Source: Candidatus Coprovivens sp. (GTDB lineage: Bacteria > Bacillota_I > Bacilli_A > RF39 > UBA660). From it: a DNA stretch of 64,000 bases. Where the stretch lies: contig JBJFGS010000025.1 in the NCBI GenBank assembly GCA_051892935.1, forward strand, positions 32,001 through 96,000. The letters are read 5' to 3'. Positions 20,847 through 30,713 of the stretch are shown here, piece after piece. Made by a program: the position numbers and the translations under genes. Position 1 is the stretch's first letter. Every line of letters begins with the position of its first letter. Below the pieces are notes generated by a model, which did not search any database, had not been told where the DNA came from, and saw only the letters and a program-made list of their open reading frames with translations.

Positions 20847-21668
20847 ATGGAAACAAAGAATGGAAAGTTTAAAATAATATTAGGAATAATATTAGGTATA
20901 GTTATTGGTGTAGCAATAACTTATATTTTAGTTCATAATAACGACTCAAAAAACGAAAAAAATGAGTTACCACTAACACTTCAAGAATATAAAAAATCTC
21001 AAGAATACAAAGAAAATATTATAATTGAAGCATTTAAAGATTATTACACATCAAAAGGATTTGTAATGATTAGCGATGTCAAATCTTGGGATATAACAAT
21101 CAAAGAAGAAAAAGAAGAATATGTTATATTAGAAAATAAATATACTTGTAATGATAATAGCGGAAGTTGTATTTATGTACCCCAAGAAATAGAAAAAGAT
21201 GGTAATTACATTTTTACAATAAGAGCAAATGGCAAATACGAAAATTATAAATACAATATAACTAGTATCACATCAACAGATACTACTTCTTCAGCAACAA
21301 ATCCTGAAGAGCAAACACCAGCAGAATCAGTTCCTAATCCAGTAAACACTGAATTAGATTGTGAAACATACTCAAAATTACTTCAAGAATATTTAACAAA
21401 TAAAGGATTAATTTTCGTACCAAACCTTTCATCATTCAAAGCAGAATCATTTGAATATAAAGGATACTACCCAGAAAAGCCAGATGAAAAATTATATGAA
21501 GTAAAAATATCTTATTCTTGTTTAGACGGTAATTCTGATTGTGTTTACCAACCTCAAAGTGAAGACGATATTAATGGAATATATAATTTTTCAATGATAA
21601 TAACTATTACTGATGGAAAAATCGTTAATATCAACGGAAATATATTAAGTCAAGAATTAGTTAAATAA
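20847..21668 (+). CDS. Membrane-anchored extracellular protein with two tandem Cys-pair repeats
   Basis: N-terminal TM; YTCNDNSGSCIYVPQ and YSCLDGNSDCVYQPQ. Confidence 0.75.
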   Translation: METKNGKFKIILGIILGIVIGVAITYILVHNNDSKNEKNELPLTLQEYKKSQEYKENIIIEAFKDYYTSKGFVMISDVKSWDITIKEEKEEYVILENKYTCNDNSGSCIYVPQEIEKDGNYIFTIRANGKYENYKYNITSITSTDTTSSATNPEEQTPAESVPNPVNTELDCETYSKLLQEYLTNKGLIFVPNLSSFKAESFEYKGYYPEKPDEKLYEVKISYSCLDGNSDCVYQPQSEDDINGIYNFSMIITITDGKIVNINGNILSQELVK

Positions 21669-21706
21669 AAAGTTTATTAACTATTCTCTCATTTTTAAAG
21701 AAAAAG

Positions 21707-21735
21707 TTGACAAAGAAAAATAAATATGCTATTTT
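21707..21735 (+). promoter_or_regulatory. Sigma-A promoter of the NTase-GNAT-ABC operon
   Basis: TTGACA, 17-bp spacer, TGc-TATTTT extended -10. Confidence 0.7.
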
Positions 21736-21742
21736 CTTATCA

Positions 21743-21833
21743 AGTGAGAGCACATAAGTTTATTAACGAGCTGTGCTGGGCGAAGAACCTACACGTATAT
21801 CGGAGTCACGAATGTTTTATTCGTGGCTTTTTT
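21743..21833 (+). ncRNA. Candidate cis-regulatory RNA (riboswitch/attenuator), copy 1, with terminator
   Basis: AGTGAG-[agcaca/tgtgct]-GGG..CCTACACG-TATATCGGAGTCAC followed by hairpin agtcacgaat/attcgtggct and a T run. Confidence 0.65.
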
Positions 21834-21878
21834 ATATCTTTAAAACACGAAGAAACAATAGAAAGAGAGGTGATACTT

Positions 21879-22007
21879 ATGATGTCAAAAAAAGACCTAT
21901 ACTTTAAAAAAACAAAAAAATTACAATTTATCGTACGATTTATTCCTCAGGCGGATATTATAACATCATTAAATATCACCCTCAAAGTAGGAATATCGTA
22001 CTCTTAG
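21879..22007 (+). CDS. Leader ORF (42 aa, MMSKKDLYFKK...), overlapping a long RNA hairpin
   Basis: gaggtga RBS before ATG 21879; stop codon abuts RNA motif copy 2. Confidence 0.55.
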   Translation: MMSKKDLYFKKTKKLQFIVRFIPQADIITSLNITLKVGISYS

Positions 22008-22091
22008 TGAGTATGTATCAAAGCTACATAGGGAACAATAATTCCTACACGATTTATATCGGAGTCACATCTTTATATGTGACTCTTTTTT
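22006..22091 (+). ncRNA. Candidate cis-regulatory RNA, copy 2, with terminator
   Basis: AGTGAG-[tatgta/tacata]-GGGAA..TTCCTACACG-att-TATATCGGAGTCAC followed by hairpin gagtcacat/atgtgactc and a T run. Confidence 0.65.
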
Positions 22092-22125
22092 GTTTCAAAA
22101 AATAAAAAAGAAAGGAAGTGCAAAA

Positions 22126-22263
22126 ATGAACTACGCAAAAGAAGATTTAAAATACTACAAAAAACAATTATACAGATACTTAAAAAAATACTATCAAGAT
22201 TATTTAGATTATTTGAAAGATTATTATGAATATAATTTAAATCTAAAATTAAAACGAAAATAA
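22126..22263 (+). CDS. Tyr-rich microprotein (45 aa, 12 Tyr): MNYAKEDLKYYKKQLYRYLKKYYQDYLDYLKDYYEYNLNLKLKRK
   Basis: aaagga RBS; sits between terminator 2 and the NTase gene; below the ORF-track cutoff. Confidence 0.65.
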   Translation: MNYAKEDLKYYKKQLYRYLKKYYQDYLDYLKDYYEYNLNLKLKRK

Positions 22264-22292
22264 AAATAATAAAGAAAAAGGAGGTAAACTAT

Positions 22293-23024
22293 ATGTGGAA
22301 ATTAGCATTAAACAATTTTATTAAGCCGTATAGAGAAGATAAAGAAGTAGAAGCTATTCTTTTAGTAGGTAGTTATGCAGTTGGTAATCAAAATGAATAT
22401 AGTGACATAGATGTATACATAGTATTAAACGATAATGCTAACTATCGCAAACGTGGTAACAAACTAGTAAATAATTACCTAATAGAATATTTTATCAATC
22501 CAATCCATAAAATAAAAGATTATATAAAAGAAGATAAACGAGGTCATGGTGGTAGTATGGCAAACATGTTATTAAATGGTCAAGTTCTATTAGATAAACA
22601 TGGAATAATAGAAAAACTAAAAGAAGAAGCACTAAAAGCAAAAGAAATACAACTAGAAAAAGATATTATGAAATACTATGCATGTTGGCATGCTTATGAT
22701 GAATACGAAGCAGCTATGTATCATAGCGAACTACAATACTATCTATGTTTAAAATACTTAGTAGATTGTTATCTATTTAATAATGGTTACGCAATGTTAC
22801 CAGAACAAAAAATAGAGCGTTTCTTTAAAGATCAAGAATATAGAGAAAAATACAATATCGGGAAATTCCCAAACAATAAATTTAATAACCTAGTAATTAA
22901 TTGTTTTGATAAACCATGTAAAAAGAATTTAAAAGTCTTATACGAATTTGTAATAGAAGACGGTAAATTCGATATAAATAATTTTGAATTAAAAAATAAA
23001 ATAGAACAAAAAAAGGAAGATTAA
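22293..23024 (+). CDS. Pol-beta-family nucleotidyltransferase with a helical C-domain (KNTase/MNT-like)
   Basis: LVGSYAVG.....SDIDVY motif. Confidence 0.85.
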   Translation: MWKLALNNFIKPYREDKEVEAILLVGSYAVGNQNEYSDIDVYIVLNDNANYRKRGNKLVNNYLIEYFINPIHKIKDYIKEDKRGHGGSMANMLLNGQVLLDKHGIIEKLKEEALKAKEIQLEKDIMKYYACWHAYDEYEAAMYHSELQYYLCLKYLVDCYLFNNGYAMLPEQKIERFFKDQEYREKYNIGKFPNNKFNNLVINCFDKPCKKNLKVLYEFVIEDGKFDINNFELKNKIEQKKED

Positions 23025-23025
23025 A

Positions 23026-23604
23026 ATGGAAAAATTAAGACACGTCGAACCCTCTATCGAATTAAAAGAACAAGGTATAGACTACATAAACGAACATTTA
23101 TTATGTAACTCCGAAATTAATGGCTCCGGAAGTTTACACAAATACTTAGATAACTACGAAGAATGGCTAATTAAGTTAGAAAGAGATCGAAATTGTATTC
23201 CTAACGAAGAACGAGTTCCAGCTGAAACTTACTACCTTGTAAACGAAAGCAATAGAATTATAGGAATGATAAATATACGTCTAGTACTTAATGAAAGACT
23301 AAGAAAATGTGGTGGCCATATTGGCTATGGAATAAGACCAAGCGAAAGACAAAAAGGCTACAATAAAATAAATCTTTATTTAGGACTATTACGTTGTCAA
23401 GAACTTGGTATTGAAGAAGTCATCTTAGATTGTGATGCTATTAATCTAGGATCATCTCGTACAATGGAAGCCCTAGGTGGAATAAGAATAGATGAATACT
23501 ATAGTGAAGAAGAACAATCATTAATATGGAGATACCAAATAAATGTCAATAACGCAATAAATAGCTATAAAGAAATATATGAACCTAAAATATTAAGAAA
23601 ATAA
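23026..23604 (+). CDS. GNAT acetyltransferase
   Basis: GGHIGYGIRPSERQKGY, N.GS..TME.LGG. Confidence 0.9.
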   Translation: MEKLRHVEPSIELKEQGIDYINEHLLCNSEINGSGSLHKYLDNYEEWLIKLERDRNCIPNEERVPAETYYLVNESNRIIGMINIRLVLNERLRKCGGHIGYGIRPSERQKGYNKINLYLGLLRCQELGIEEVILDCDAINLGSSRTMEALGGIRIDEYYSEEEQSLIWRYQINVNNAINSYKEIYEPKILRK

Positions 23605-23623
23605 AAAGTAAGGAGGTGACAAC

Positions 23624-24082
23624 ATGGTCATTCAAAAAGCAACCAAAGAAGATTTCCTTGGTATACACAAAATATTTCAGGAAGTGCACGATCACCACCT
23701 AAATGGTACTATAAATACATTTAAAGATATTGATCCATTTACAAAAGAAGAATTACTAGAATCCTTAAAAGATAAAAATACATTTATTTTAATAGCTAAA
23801 GAAAAAGAAATAGAAGGTTTCATTCTAGCAACAATAATAGAAAAAGAAGGAAGACATACTAAATTAAAAAAAACACTACATATAAATACAATAGGTACCA
23901 AAAAAGATTCACAAAACAAAGGAATAGGGACATTACTAATAAATGAAATAAAAAAGATTGCTAAAGAAAATAAATGTGATAACATTAATTTAAGTGTATG
24001 GGCATTTAATGATAATGCCATTAAATTTTACAAACACATAGGATTTAACAATAAAATAATAAATATGGAAATAACATTGTAG
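23624..24082 (+). CDS. GNAT acetyltransferase
   Basis: QNKGIGTLL, LSVWAFNDNAIKFYKHIGF. Confidence 0.9.
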   Translation: MVIQKATKEDFLGIHKIFQEVHDHHLNGTINTFKDIDPFTKEELLESLKDKNTFILIAKEKEIEGFILATIIEKEGRHTKLKKTLHINTIGTKKDSQNKGIGTLLINEIKKIAKENKCDNINLSVWAFNDNAIKFYKHIGFNNKIINMEITL

Positions 24083-24104
24083 AAAAAATAAAAGGAGGCT
24101 GAAT

Positions 24105-25085
24105 ATGAACGCAATAGAAGTAAAAGGCCTATCCAAAAAATTCAGAGTAAAACAAAAAGAAAAAGGTCTAATGGGAAGCTTAAAATCAATATTTAAACCA
24201 AAATATAAAGAAAAACTCGCCGTAAATAAAATAACCTTTACTATTGAAAAAGGAGAGATACTAGCATTCATTGGTCCCAATGGAGCCGGTAAATCAACTA
24301 CTATAAAAATGTTAACTGGTATCTTATTTCCTACAAAAGGAGAAATATCAGTAATGGGAATAAATCCTCAAAAAAATCGAAAAGAATTATCTTATAAAAT
24401 AGGTACAGTATTCGGTCAAAAAGAACAACTATGGATCCATTTAACACCATACGATAACTTCAAATTCTTTGGTGCCATCTACGACATCCCTGAATCAGTA
24501 GTAGAAAAACGTATTGAAGAGTATAAAACTATCTTCGAATTAGATGAATTTATAAATACCCCAGTAAGAGGATTATCCTTAGGTCAAAGAATGATCTGTG
24601 AAATAGTTGCATCTTTAATTCACGAACCAGAAATTCTTTTCTTAGATGAACCAACCATCGGTTTAGACCCAGTAGTTAAAGAAAAGATAAGAGTATTCAT
24701 CAAAAGATTAAATAAAGAAAAGAAAACTACTATCTTCCTAACTAGTCATGATGTAGGAGACATCGAAAAATTATGTAAAAGAGTTATCATCGTAAACGAT
24801 GGTACAATAGTATTAGATGATTCAATGGAAAACTTAAAATATCACTACTTAAACAAGAAAATTGTTGAAGCAAAAATGAATACTAAAATCAATTTAGATG
24901 ATGTAGAAGGAATTACTATCTTAAAAGACAAAGACTATAACTTAAAATTAGAAGTAGACTTAACTAAAAAAACTATCAGTGATGCTATAAAACTATTAGA
25001 TCCAGATAAAATAATTGACATCAATATTTCAAATACACCATTAGAAACAATTATAAGTTCTATCTATAAAGGAAATAAAAAATGA
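24105..25085 (+). CDS. ABC transporter ATP-binding protein (DrrA-like exporter)
   Basis: GPNGAGKST, LSLGQRM, LDEPTIGLD, TSH. Confidence 0.92.
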   Translation: MNAIEVKGLSKKFRVKQKEKGLMGSLKSIFKPKYKEKLAVNKITFTIEKGEILAFIGPNGAGKSTTIKMLTGILFPTKGEISVMGINPQKNRKELSYKIGTVFGQKEQLWIHLTPYDNFKFFGAIYDIPESVVEKRIEEYKTIFELDEFINTPVRGLSLGQRMICEIVASLIHEPEILFLDEPTIGLDPVVKEKIRVFIKRLNKEKKTTIFLTSHDVGDIEKLCKRVIIVNDGTIVLDDSMENLKYHYLNKKIVEAKMNTKINLDDVEGITILKDKDYNLKLEVDLTKKTISDAIKLLDPDKIIDINISNTPLETIISSIYKGNKK

Positions 25086-25873
25086 AAAAATACTTATATA
25101 TAATGAAAACTACATTCAAAGACACCTTACAATATTCATCAAGCTTAATATTTAGGTTTATCGGCTTTGCTGTAGTTATGTCAGTATTAATTAGTTTATG
25201 GAACTTCTTATATAGTGAACCAGGTAGTACCATTAACGGCTATACATTTAACCAAATGATTTGGTACTTATTATTAGCCGAAATAATCACCTTCGGTAGC
25301 GGTAGTAAAGTAGCTACTAATGAAATCAGAAATACTATTAAAAGCGGAAACATTGCTTACCAAGTAACAAAACCATATAACTATATCAGTTTTACTATCT
25401 GTAAATTCTTAGCAGATACTATAATAAGATTCTTCTTATTCTTAATAGTTGCTGTTATATTAGGTTTAATCTTTGCAGGTCCAATAGAAAACTTTAACTT
25501 AATCTCGTTAATACCAGCTACTACAGTATTCTTACTAGCTATTCTTATAACAGGTATGATAAAGATATTAGTCAGCTTATCTGCCTTCTGGGTAGAAGAC
25601 TCTAATCCATTCCAAATGGTATATAGTAAGATAGTTTTAATATTTGGCGTATTATTCCCATTAGAAATGTTTCCAAAAATCATTCAAACTATTATAAAAT
25701 TCACTCCAGTATATGGAGTAAGCTATGGACCTGCTAAACTGATTATTAATTTCAACTCTAGTATTTTAACAAACGTATTATTATCTCAAGTAATTACAAT
25801 TATAGTGGTAACAATATTATTAAAAATCGTATACGAAAGAGGGGTGAAGAAATTAAATGTTAACGGCGGTTAA
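25082..25873 (+). CDS. ABC-2 family permease
   Basis: Six TMs; IKSGNIAY...KP motif. Confidence 0.85.
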   Translation: MKKYLYIMKTTFKDTLQYSSSLIFRFIGFAVVMSVLISLWNFLYSEPGSTINGYTFNQMIWYLLLAEIITFGSGSKVATNEIRNTIKSGNIAYQVTKPYNYISFTICKFLADTIIRFFLFLIVAVILGLIFAGPIENFNLISLIPATTVFLLAILITGMIKILVSLSAFWVEDSNPFQMVYSKIVLIFGVLFPLEMFPKIIQTIIKFTPVYGVSYGPAKLIINFNSSILTNVLLSQVITIIVVTILLKIVYERGVKKLNVNGG

Positions 25874-26651
25874 AGGAAACTTAAAAATAATGTTTCTTAG
25901 TATCAAGTACAACTTAATGAAATGTATGGAAAACAACGTAGCATTTGCTACCTCCATAATAATGATGATTTTCAATAATGCTACATTCATTATCCAGTGG
26001 TTAACTATATTTGCAATAAAAGAATCAATAGGTGGATATACTTTGAATAACGTCATGTTATTCTGGGCTATCTCTAGTGGAGCTTATGGCCTAGCACATA
26101 TCTTCTTTAATGGCGTAAACAAACTACCAGAATATATCGAAGAAGGTAAATTAGATGCCTTCCTAACAGTACCTAAAAATCCATTATGTTATGTAGCAAC
26201 ATCCAGTACTGAGCCATCAGCTTGGGGAGATTTAATATATGGCTACATCGCTTTAATAATATTTAACTTTAGTATTAAAAACATTTTATTATATACATTG
26301 TTAATTATATCAGGAGCATTGATTTATGCTAGTACAATCTGTATCTTCAATACATTAACATTCGTATTCTATAAATCTAGTGATTTCACAGAAGTTATAA
26401 AATCAGCATTATTAAATTCATCTTTATATCCAGATGTAATATTTGAAAGAGCAGTTAAAATTATCTTCTTCACCTTAGTACCTAGTGGATTTGCTTGTTG
26501 GCTACCAGTACATTTAATTATGAGTTTTAATCCAATTAATTTATTAATATTAATCGTAACTACCATTATCTACGTATCATTAGCATTCATCTTATTCCAT
26601 AAAGGATTAAAACACTATTCTTCAAGTAACTTGATGGGAGCAAGAAGTTAA
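25857..26651 (+). CDS. ABC-2 family permease
   Basis: IEEGKLDAFLTVP; C-terminal GLKHYSSS. Confidence 0.85.
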   Translation: MLTAVKGNLKIMFLSIKYNLMKCMENNVAFATSIIMMIFNNATFIIQWLTIFAIKESIGGYTLNNVMLFWAISSGAYGLAHIFFNGVNKLPEYIEEGKLDAFLTVPKNPLCYVATSSTEPSAWGDLIYGYIALIIFNFSIKNILLYTLLIISGALIYASTICIFNTLTFVFYKSSDFTEVIKSALLNSSLYPDVIFERAVKIIFFTLVPSGFACWLPVHLIMSFNPINLLILIVTTIIYVSLAFILFHKGLKHYSSSNLMGARS

Positions 26652-26676
26652 TATATATAAGAAAAGAGGGCAAAAT

Positions 26677-27177
26677 ATGATATTTTTAAAAAAAGCTAAT
26701 CTCGAAGATATCGAAGAAGAATACAATTTTCTAAGTAAAATGCCTAGTATAAACGGTTTTGAAAACGAATATGAAAACCTTCCTAGAGAAAATTTTGAAC
26801 AACATATCAAAGCATTAATTGATCACTCAGAAGGAAAAAAACTAAAAGAAGGATACGTACCAGATACATACTTTTTCCTATGGGATGATAATAAAATAGT
26901 TGGAGTATTCAAACTAAGACATTACTTAAATGATTGGTTAAGAAAAAATGCAGGACACCTAGGTTACGGAATATTACCAGAAGAAAATGGTAAAGGTTAT
27001 GCGACTAAAGGTCTAGCTCTTATGAAAAAAGAAGCAGCTAAGATAATAAAAGAAAACGAAATTTATTTATCTGTTCATAAAGACAACAAAGCATCATTAA
27101 AAGTTCAACAAAAAAATGGTGCTTACATAGTAAAAGAAACTGAAAATGAATACTTAACAAGAATAAAAATAAGATAA
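26677..27177 (+). CDS. GNAT acetyltransferase
   Basis: GHLGYGI.PEENGKGYAT, N.ASLKV..KNG. Confidence 0.9.
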   Translation: MIFLKKANLEDIEEEYNFLSKMPSINGFENEYENLPRENFEQHIKALIDHSEGKKLKEGYVPDTYFFLWDDNKIVGVFKLRHYLNDWLRKNAGHLGYGILPEENGKGYATKGLALMKKEAAKIIKENEIYLSVHKDNKASLKVQQKNGAYIVKETENEYLTRIKIR

Positions 27178-27359
27178 AAAGACTTTGATAAAAGTTAATT
27201 TTATAGTTCTAAAAAAAAAATTTATAAAGTAAATGTAAAACTAAAAAACAAAAGTATTTATTAAATGTAAAGTTTAAGAAAAACAAGAGTTTATGTCTCT
27301 TGTTTTTACTTTTTATGATAAAATATCTTTGTGACATAATATGCGAAGGAGGAATCATT

Positions 27360-29990
27360 GTGCACAAATATGTATATTTATTTACTGAAGGTAATGCAGA
27401 TATGCGAAACTTATTAGGTGGTAAAGGTGCAAACTTAGCAGAAATGACAAATATTGGTCTTCCTGTTCCTCAAGGTTTTACAATTACTACTGAAGCATGT
27501 ACTCAATACTATGAAGATGGTAGAGAAATCAACGAAGAAATACAATCTCAAATTAATGAGTACATCGTAAAAATGGAAGAAATTACTGGAAAGAAATTCG
27601 GAGATAAAGAAAATCCTTTATTAGTTTCAGTAAGATCAGGTGCTAGAGCTTCAATGCCTGGTATGATGGATACAATCCTTAACTTAGGTTTAAACGAAGA
27701 AGTTGTTGAAGTATTAGCAGAAAAATCAAATAACCCAAGATGGGCTTGGGATTGCTACAGAAGATTTATTCAAATGTATTCAGATGTAGTTATGGAAGTC
27801 GGCAAAAAATACTTTGAAGAATTAATCGACAAAATGAAAGAAGAAAAAGGTGTTAAACAAGACGTTGAATTAACAGCTGAAGATTTAAAAGAATTAGCTG
27901 CACAATTTAAAGCCGAATACAAAGCAAAAATAGGTACTGACTTCCCAAGCGATCCAAAAGAACAATTAATGGGAGCTATTAAAGCAGTATTCCGTTCATG
28001 GGATAACCCAAGAGCAAATGTATATAGAAGAGATAACGACATTCCTTATTCATGGGGAACTGCTGTTAACGTTCAATCAATGGCATTCGGTAACATGGGT
28101 GATGATTGTGGTACAGGTGTTGCATTTACTCGTGACCCAGCTACTGGAGAAAAAGGCCTATTTGGTGAATTCTTAACAAACGCTCAAGGTGAAGACGTTG
28201 TTGCAGGTGTTCGTACACCAATGAAAATAGCTGAAATGGAACAAAAATTTCCAGAAGCATTTGAACAATTTAAAGAAGTATGCAAAACTCTAGAAGAACA
28301 TTATAGAGACATGCAAGACATGGAATTTACTGTAGAACATGGTAAATTATATATGCTACAAACTAGAAATGGTAAAAGAACTGCTCAAGCAGCATTAAAA
28401 ATTGCTTGTGATTTAGTAGATGAAGGAATGCGTACAGAAGAAGAAGCTGTAGCAATGATTGATCCAAGAAACCTAGATACATTACTACATCCTCAATTTG
28501 ATGTTAAAGTATTAAAAGAAGCTAAACCAATAGGAAAAGGTTTAGGAGCATCTCCAGGTGCTGCATGTGGCCAAATCGTATTTACAGCAGAAGATGCAGA
28601 AAAATGGGCAGCAAATGGTAAAAAAGTAGTTCTAGTTAGACTTGAAACATCTCCAGAAGATATAACTGGTATGAAAGCATCTCAGGGTATCTTAACAGTA
28701 CGTGGTGGTATGACTTCACATGCTGCAGTAGTAGCACGTGGTATGGGTACTTGCTGTGTTTCTGGATGTGGCGAAATCATAATGGATGAAGCAAACAAGA
28801 AATTTACATTAGCAGGTAAAACATTCAACGAAGGAGATGAAATATCTATCGATGGTACAACTGGTAACATTTATGATGGCATTATTCCTACAGTTCCTGC
28901 AACTATAGCCGGAGAATTTGGTCGTGTTATGGAATGGGCAGACAAATATAGAACATTAGGAGTTAGAACAAATGCTGACAATCCAACTGATACTGCAAAA
29001 GCAATCGAATTAGGAGCAGAAGGCATTGGATTATGTCGTACAGAACACATGTTCTTCGAAGAAGAAAGAATACCAGCAATAAGAAAAATGATTCTTGCTG
29101 ATACTGTAGAAGAAAGAGAAAAAGCTTTAGAAGCATTAATTCCTTTCCAAAAGGGTGACTTCAAAGCTATGTACAAAGAATTAAAAGGATTACCAATGAC
29201 AGTTCGTTACTTAGATCCACCTCTACATGAATTCTTACCTAAAGAAGAAGCAGATATCAAAGCCCTAGCTAAAGATATGGGTGTTACCGTTAAACATTTA
29301 AAAAACAAATGTGATGAATTACATGAATTCAATCCAATGATGGGACATAGAGGATGCCGTCTAGCTGTTACTTATCCAGAAATCGCTAGAATGCAAACAA
29401 GAGCTTTAATGGAAGCAGCTATTGAAGTAAAAGAAGAAGAAGGATACGATATTGTTCCTGAAATAATGATTCCACTAGTAGGAGAAGTTAAAGAATTAAA
29501 ATTCGTTAAAGACATAGTAGTAGAAACAGCAGAACAAGTTAAGAAAGAAAAAGGTTCAGACATGGAATACCATATTGGTACTATGATAGAAATTCCAAGA
29601 GCAGCAATTACTGCAGATGCTATTGCAAAAGAAGCAGAATTCTTCTCATTCGGAACTAACGACTTAACTCAAATGACATTCGGTTTCTCACGTGATGATG
29701 CAGGTAAGTTCCTTGGATCATACTATGAAACTAAAATATATGAACAAGATCCATTCGCAAGAATTGATCAAACAGGTGTAGGAGAACTTGTTAAAATTGC
29801 AGTAGAAAAAGGAAAATCTACAAGACCAAATATTAAACTTGGTATTTGTGGAGAGCACGGTGGAGATCCATCAAGTGTTGAATTCTGCCATAATGCTGGA
29901 TTAACATATGTTTCTTGCTCACCATTTAGAGTTCCTATTGCTAGATTAGCTGCTGCACAAGCCGCAATCAAAGCAAAAAATAATAAATAA
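27360..29990 (+). CDS. ppdK: Pyruvate, phosphate dikinase
   Basis: LLGGKGANLAEM, SVRSGARASMPGMMDT, GGMTSHAAVVAR, FGTNDLTQ, GICGEHGG; GTG start after ggagga. Confidence 0.98.
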   Translation: MHKYVYLFTEGNADMRNLLGGKGANLAEMTNIGLPVPQGFTITTEACTQYYEDGREINEEIQSQINEYIVKMEEITGKKFGDKENPLLVSVRSGARASMPGMMDTILNLGLNEEVVEVLAEKSNNPRWAWDCYRRFIQMYSDVVMEVGKKYFEELIDKMKEEKGVKQDVELTAEDLKELAAQFKAEYKAKIGTDFPSDPKEQLMGAIKAVFRSWDNPRANVYRRDNDIPYSWGTAVNVQSMAFGNMGDDCGTGVAFTRDPATGEKGLFGEFLTNAQGEDVVAGVRTPMKIAEMEQKFPEAFEQFKEVCKTLEEHYRDMQDMEFTVEHGKLYMLQTRNGKRTAQAALKIACDLVDEGMRTEEEAVAMIDPRNLDTLLHPQFDVKVLKEAKPIGKGLGASPGAACGQIVFTAEDAEKWAANGKKVVLVRLETSPEDITGMKASQGILTVRGGMTSHAAVVARGMGTCCVSGCGEIIMDEANKKFTLAGKTFNEGDEISIDGTTGNIYDGIIPTVPATIAGEFGRVMEWADKYRTLGVRTNADNPTDTAKAIELGAEGIGLCRTEHMFFEEERIPAIRKMILADTVEEREKALEALIPFQKGDFKAMYKELKGLPMTVRYLDPPLHEFLPKEEADIKALAKDMGVTVKHLKNKCDELHEFNPMMGHRGCRLAVTYPEIARMQTRALMEAAIEVKEEEGYDIVPEIMIPLVGEVKELKFVKDIVVETAEQVKKEKGSDMEYHIGTMIEIPRAAITADAIAKEAEFFSFGTNDLTQMTFGFSRDDAGKFLGSYYETKIYEQDPFARIDQTGVGELVKIAVEKGKSTRPNIKLGICGEHGGDPSSVEFCHNAGLTYVSCSPFRVPIARLAAAQAAIKAKNNK

Positions 29991-30004
29991 TAAAATATAT
30001 ATAC

Positions 30005-30042
30005 AAAAGACTAAGAATTTCAACACAGCTTAGTCTTTTTTT
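30005..30042 (+). terminator. ppdK terminator (AAAGAC...GTCTTT hairpin family, copy 1)
   Basis: aaagactaag/cttagtcttt stem plus T run. Confidence 0.8.
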
Positions 30043-30104
30043 ATCTAAAGATGGTAAAAAAGCACACTATATGGTATAATATAAATAGTTTTAAGGTGAT
30101 ATAA

Positions 30105-30713
30105 ATGTTAGATAATAAATTAGGAATAACAAATGAAATCGAACTTGCTCATGAAGAAGAAAGAATAACTAAATTAAAAGCGTTAGAGTTATTTGATACT
30201 AACAAAATTAATGAATTTGAAGTTGGAACTATCAAAGGATTATCAAGTATACATAAATACTTATTTTCTGATATTTATGAATTTGCCGGGGAGATTAGAG
30301 ATGTCAATATTGCTAAAGGTAATTTTAGATTTGCACCTTCTATGTATTTAAAAGAAGCATTAAACAAAATTGATAATATGCCTGAAGATACATTTGATAA
30401 TATTATAAAAAAATATATTGAAATGAATGTAGCTCATCCATTTAGAGAAGGTAATGGTAGAAGTACAAGAATTTGGCTTGATATGATTTTAAAAAAAGAA
30501 TTAGGTAAAGTAGTTGATTGGAGTAAAGTAGATAAAGAAGAATATTTGTTAGCTATGGAAAGAAGCCCTATCAAAGATACTGAAATTAACATACTACTTA
30601 AAAATTCACTTACTGATAAAGTTAATAATAGAGAAGTATATATGAAAGGTATAGATACAAGTTATAAATACGAAGGATATAATAACTATACAATGGCCGA
30701 ATTAGACAGTTAA
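30105..30713 (+). CDS. fic: Class III Fic protein (AMPylase)
   Basis: [12 protein letters not shown] catalytic motif; C-terminal SYKYEG matches the (S/T)xxxE(G/N) autoinhibitory motif. Confidence 0.92.
   Translation: MLDNKLGITNEIELAHEEERITKLKALELFDTNKINEFEVGTIKGLSSIHKYLFSDIYEFAGEIRDVNIAKGNFRFAPSMYLKEALNKIDNMPEDTFDNIIKKYIEMNVAHPFREGNGRSTRIWLDMILKKELGKVVDWSKVDKEEYLLAMERSPIKDTEINILLKNSLTDKVNNREVYMKGIDTSYKYEGYNNYTMAELDS

Noticed and set aside
21726-22007. 93-aa ORF in the supplied track
   Set aside because: Its ATG lies inside the -10 region with no RBS and it runs through a terminator; only the 42-aa part from 21879 has an RBS
21743-22091. T-box or common riboswitch (TPP, FMN, SAM, purine, guanidine, c-di-GMP)
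   Set aside because: No T-box UGGNACC bulge or other hallmark consensus recognisable by eye; needs cmscan to confirm
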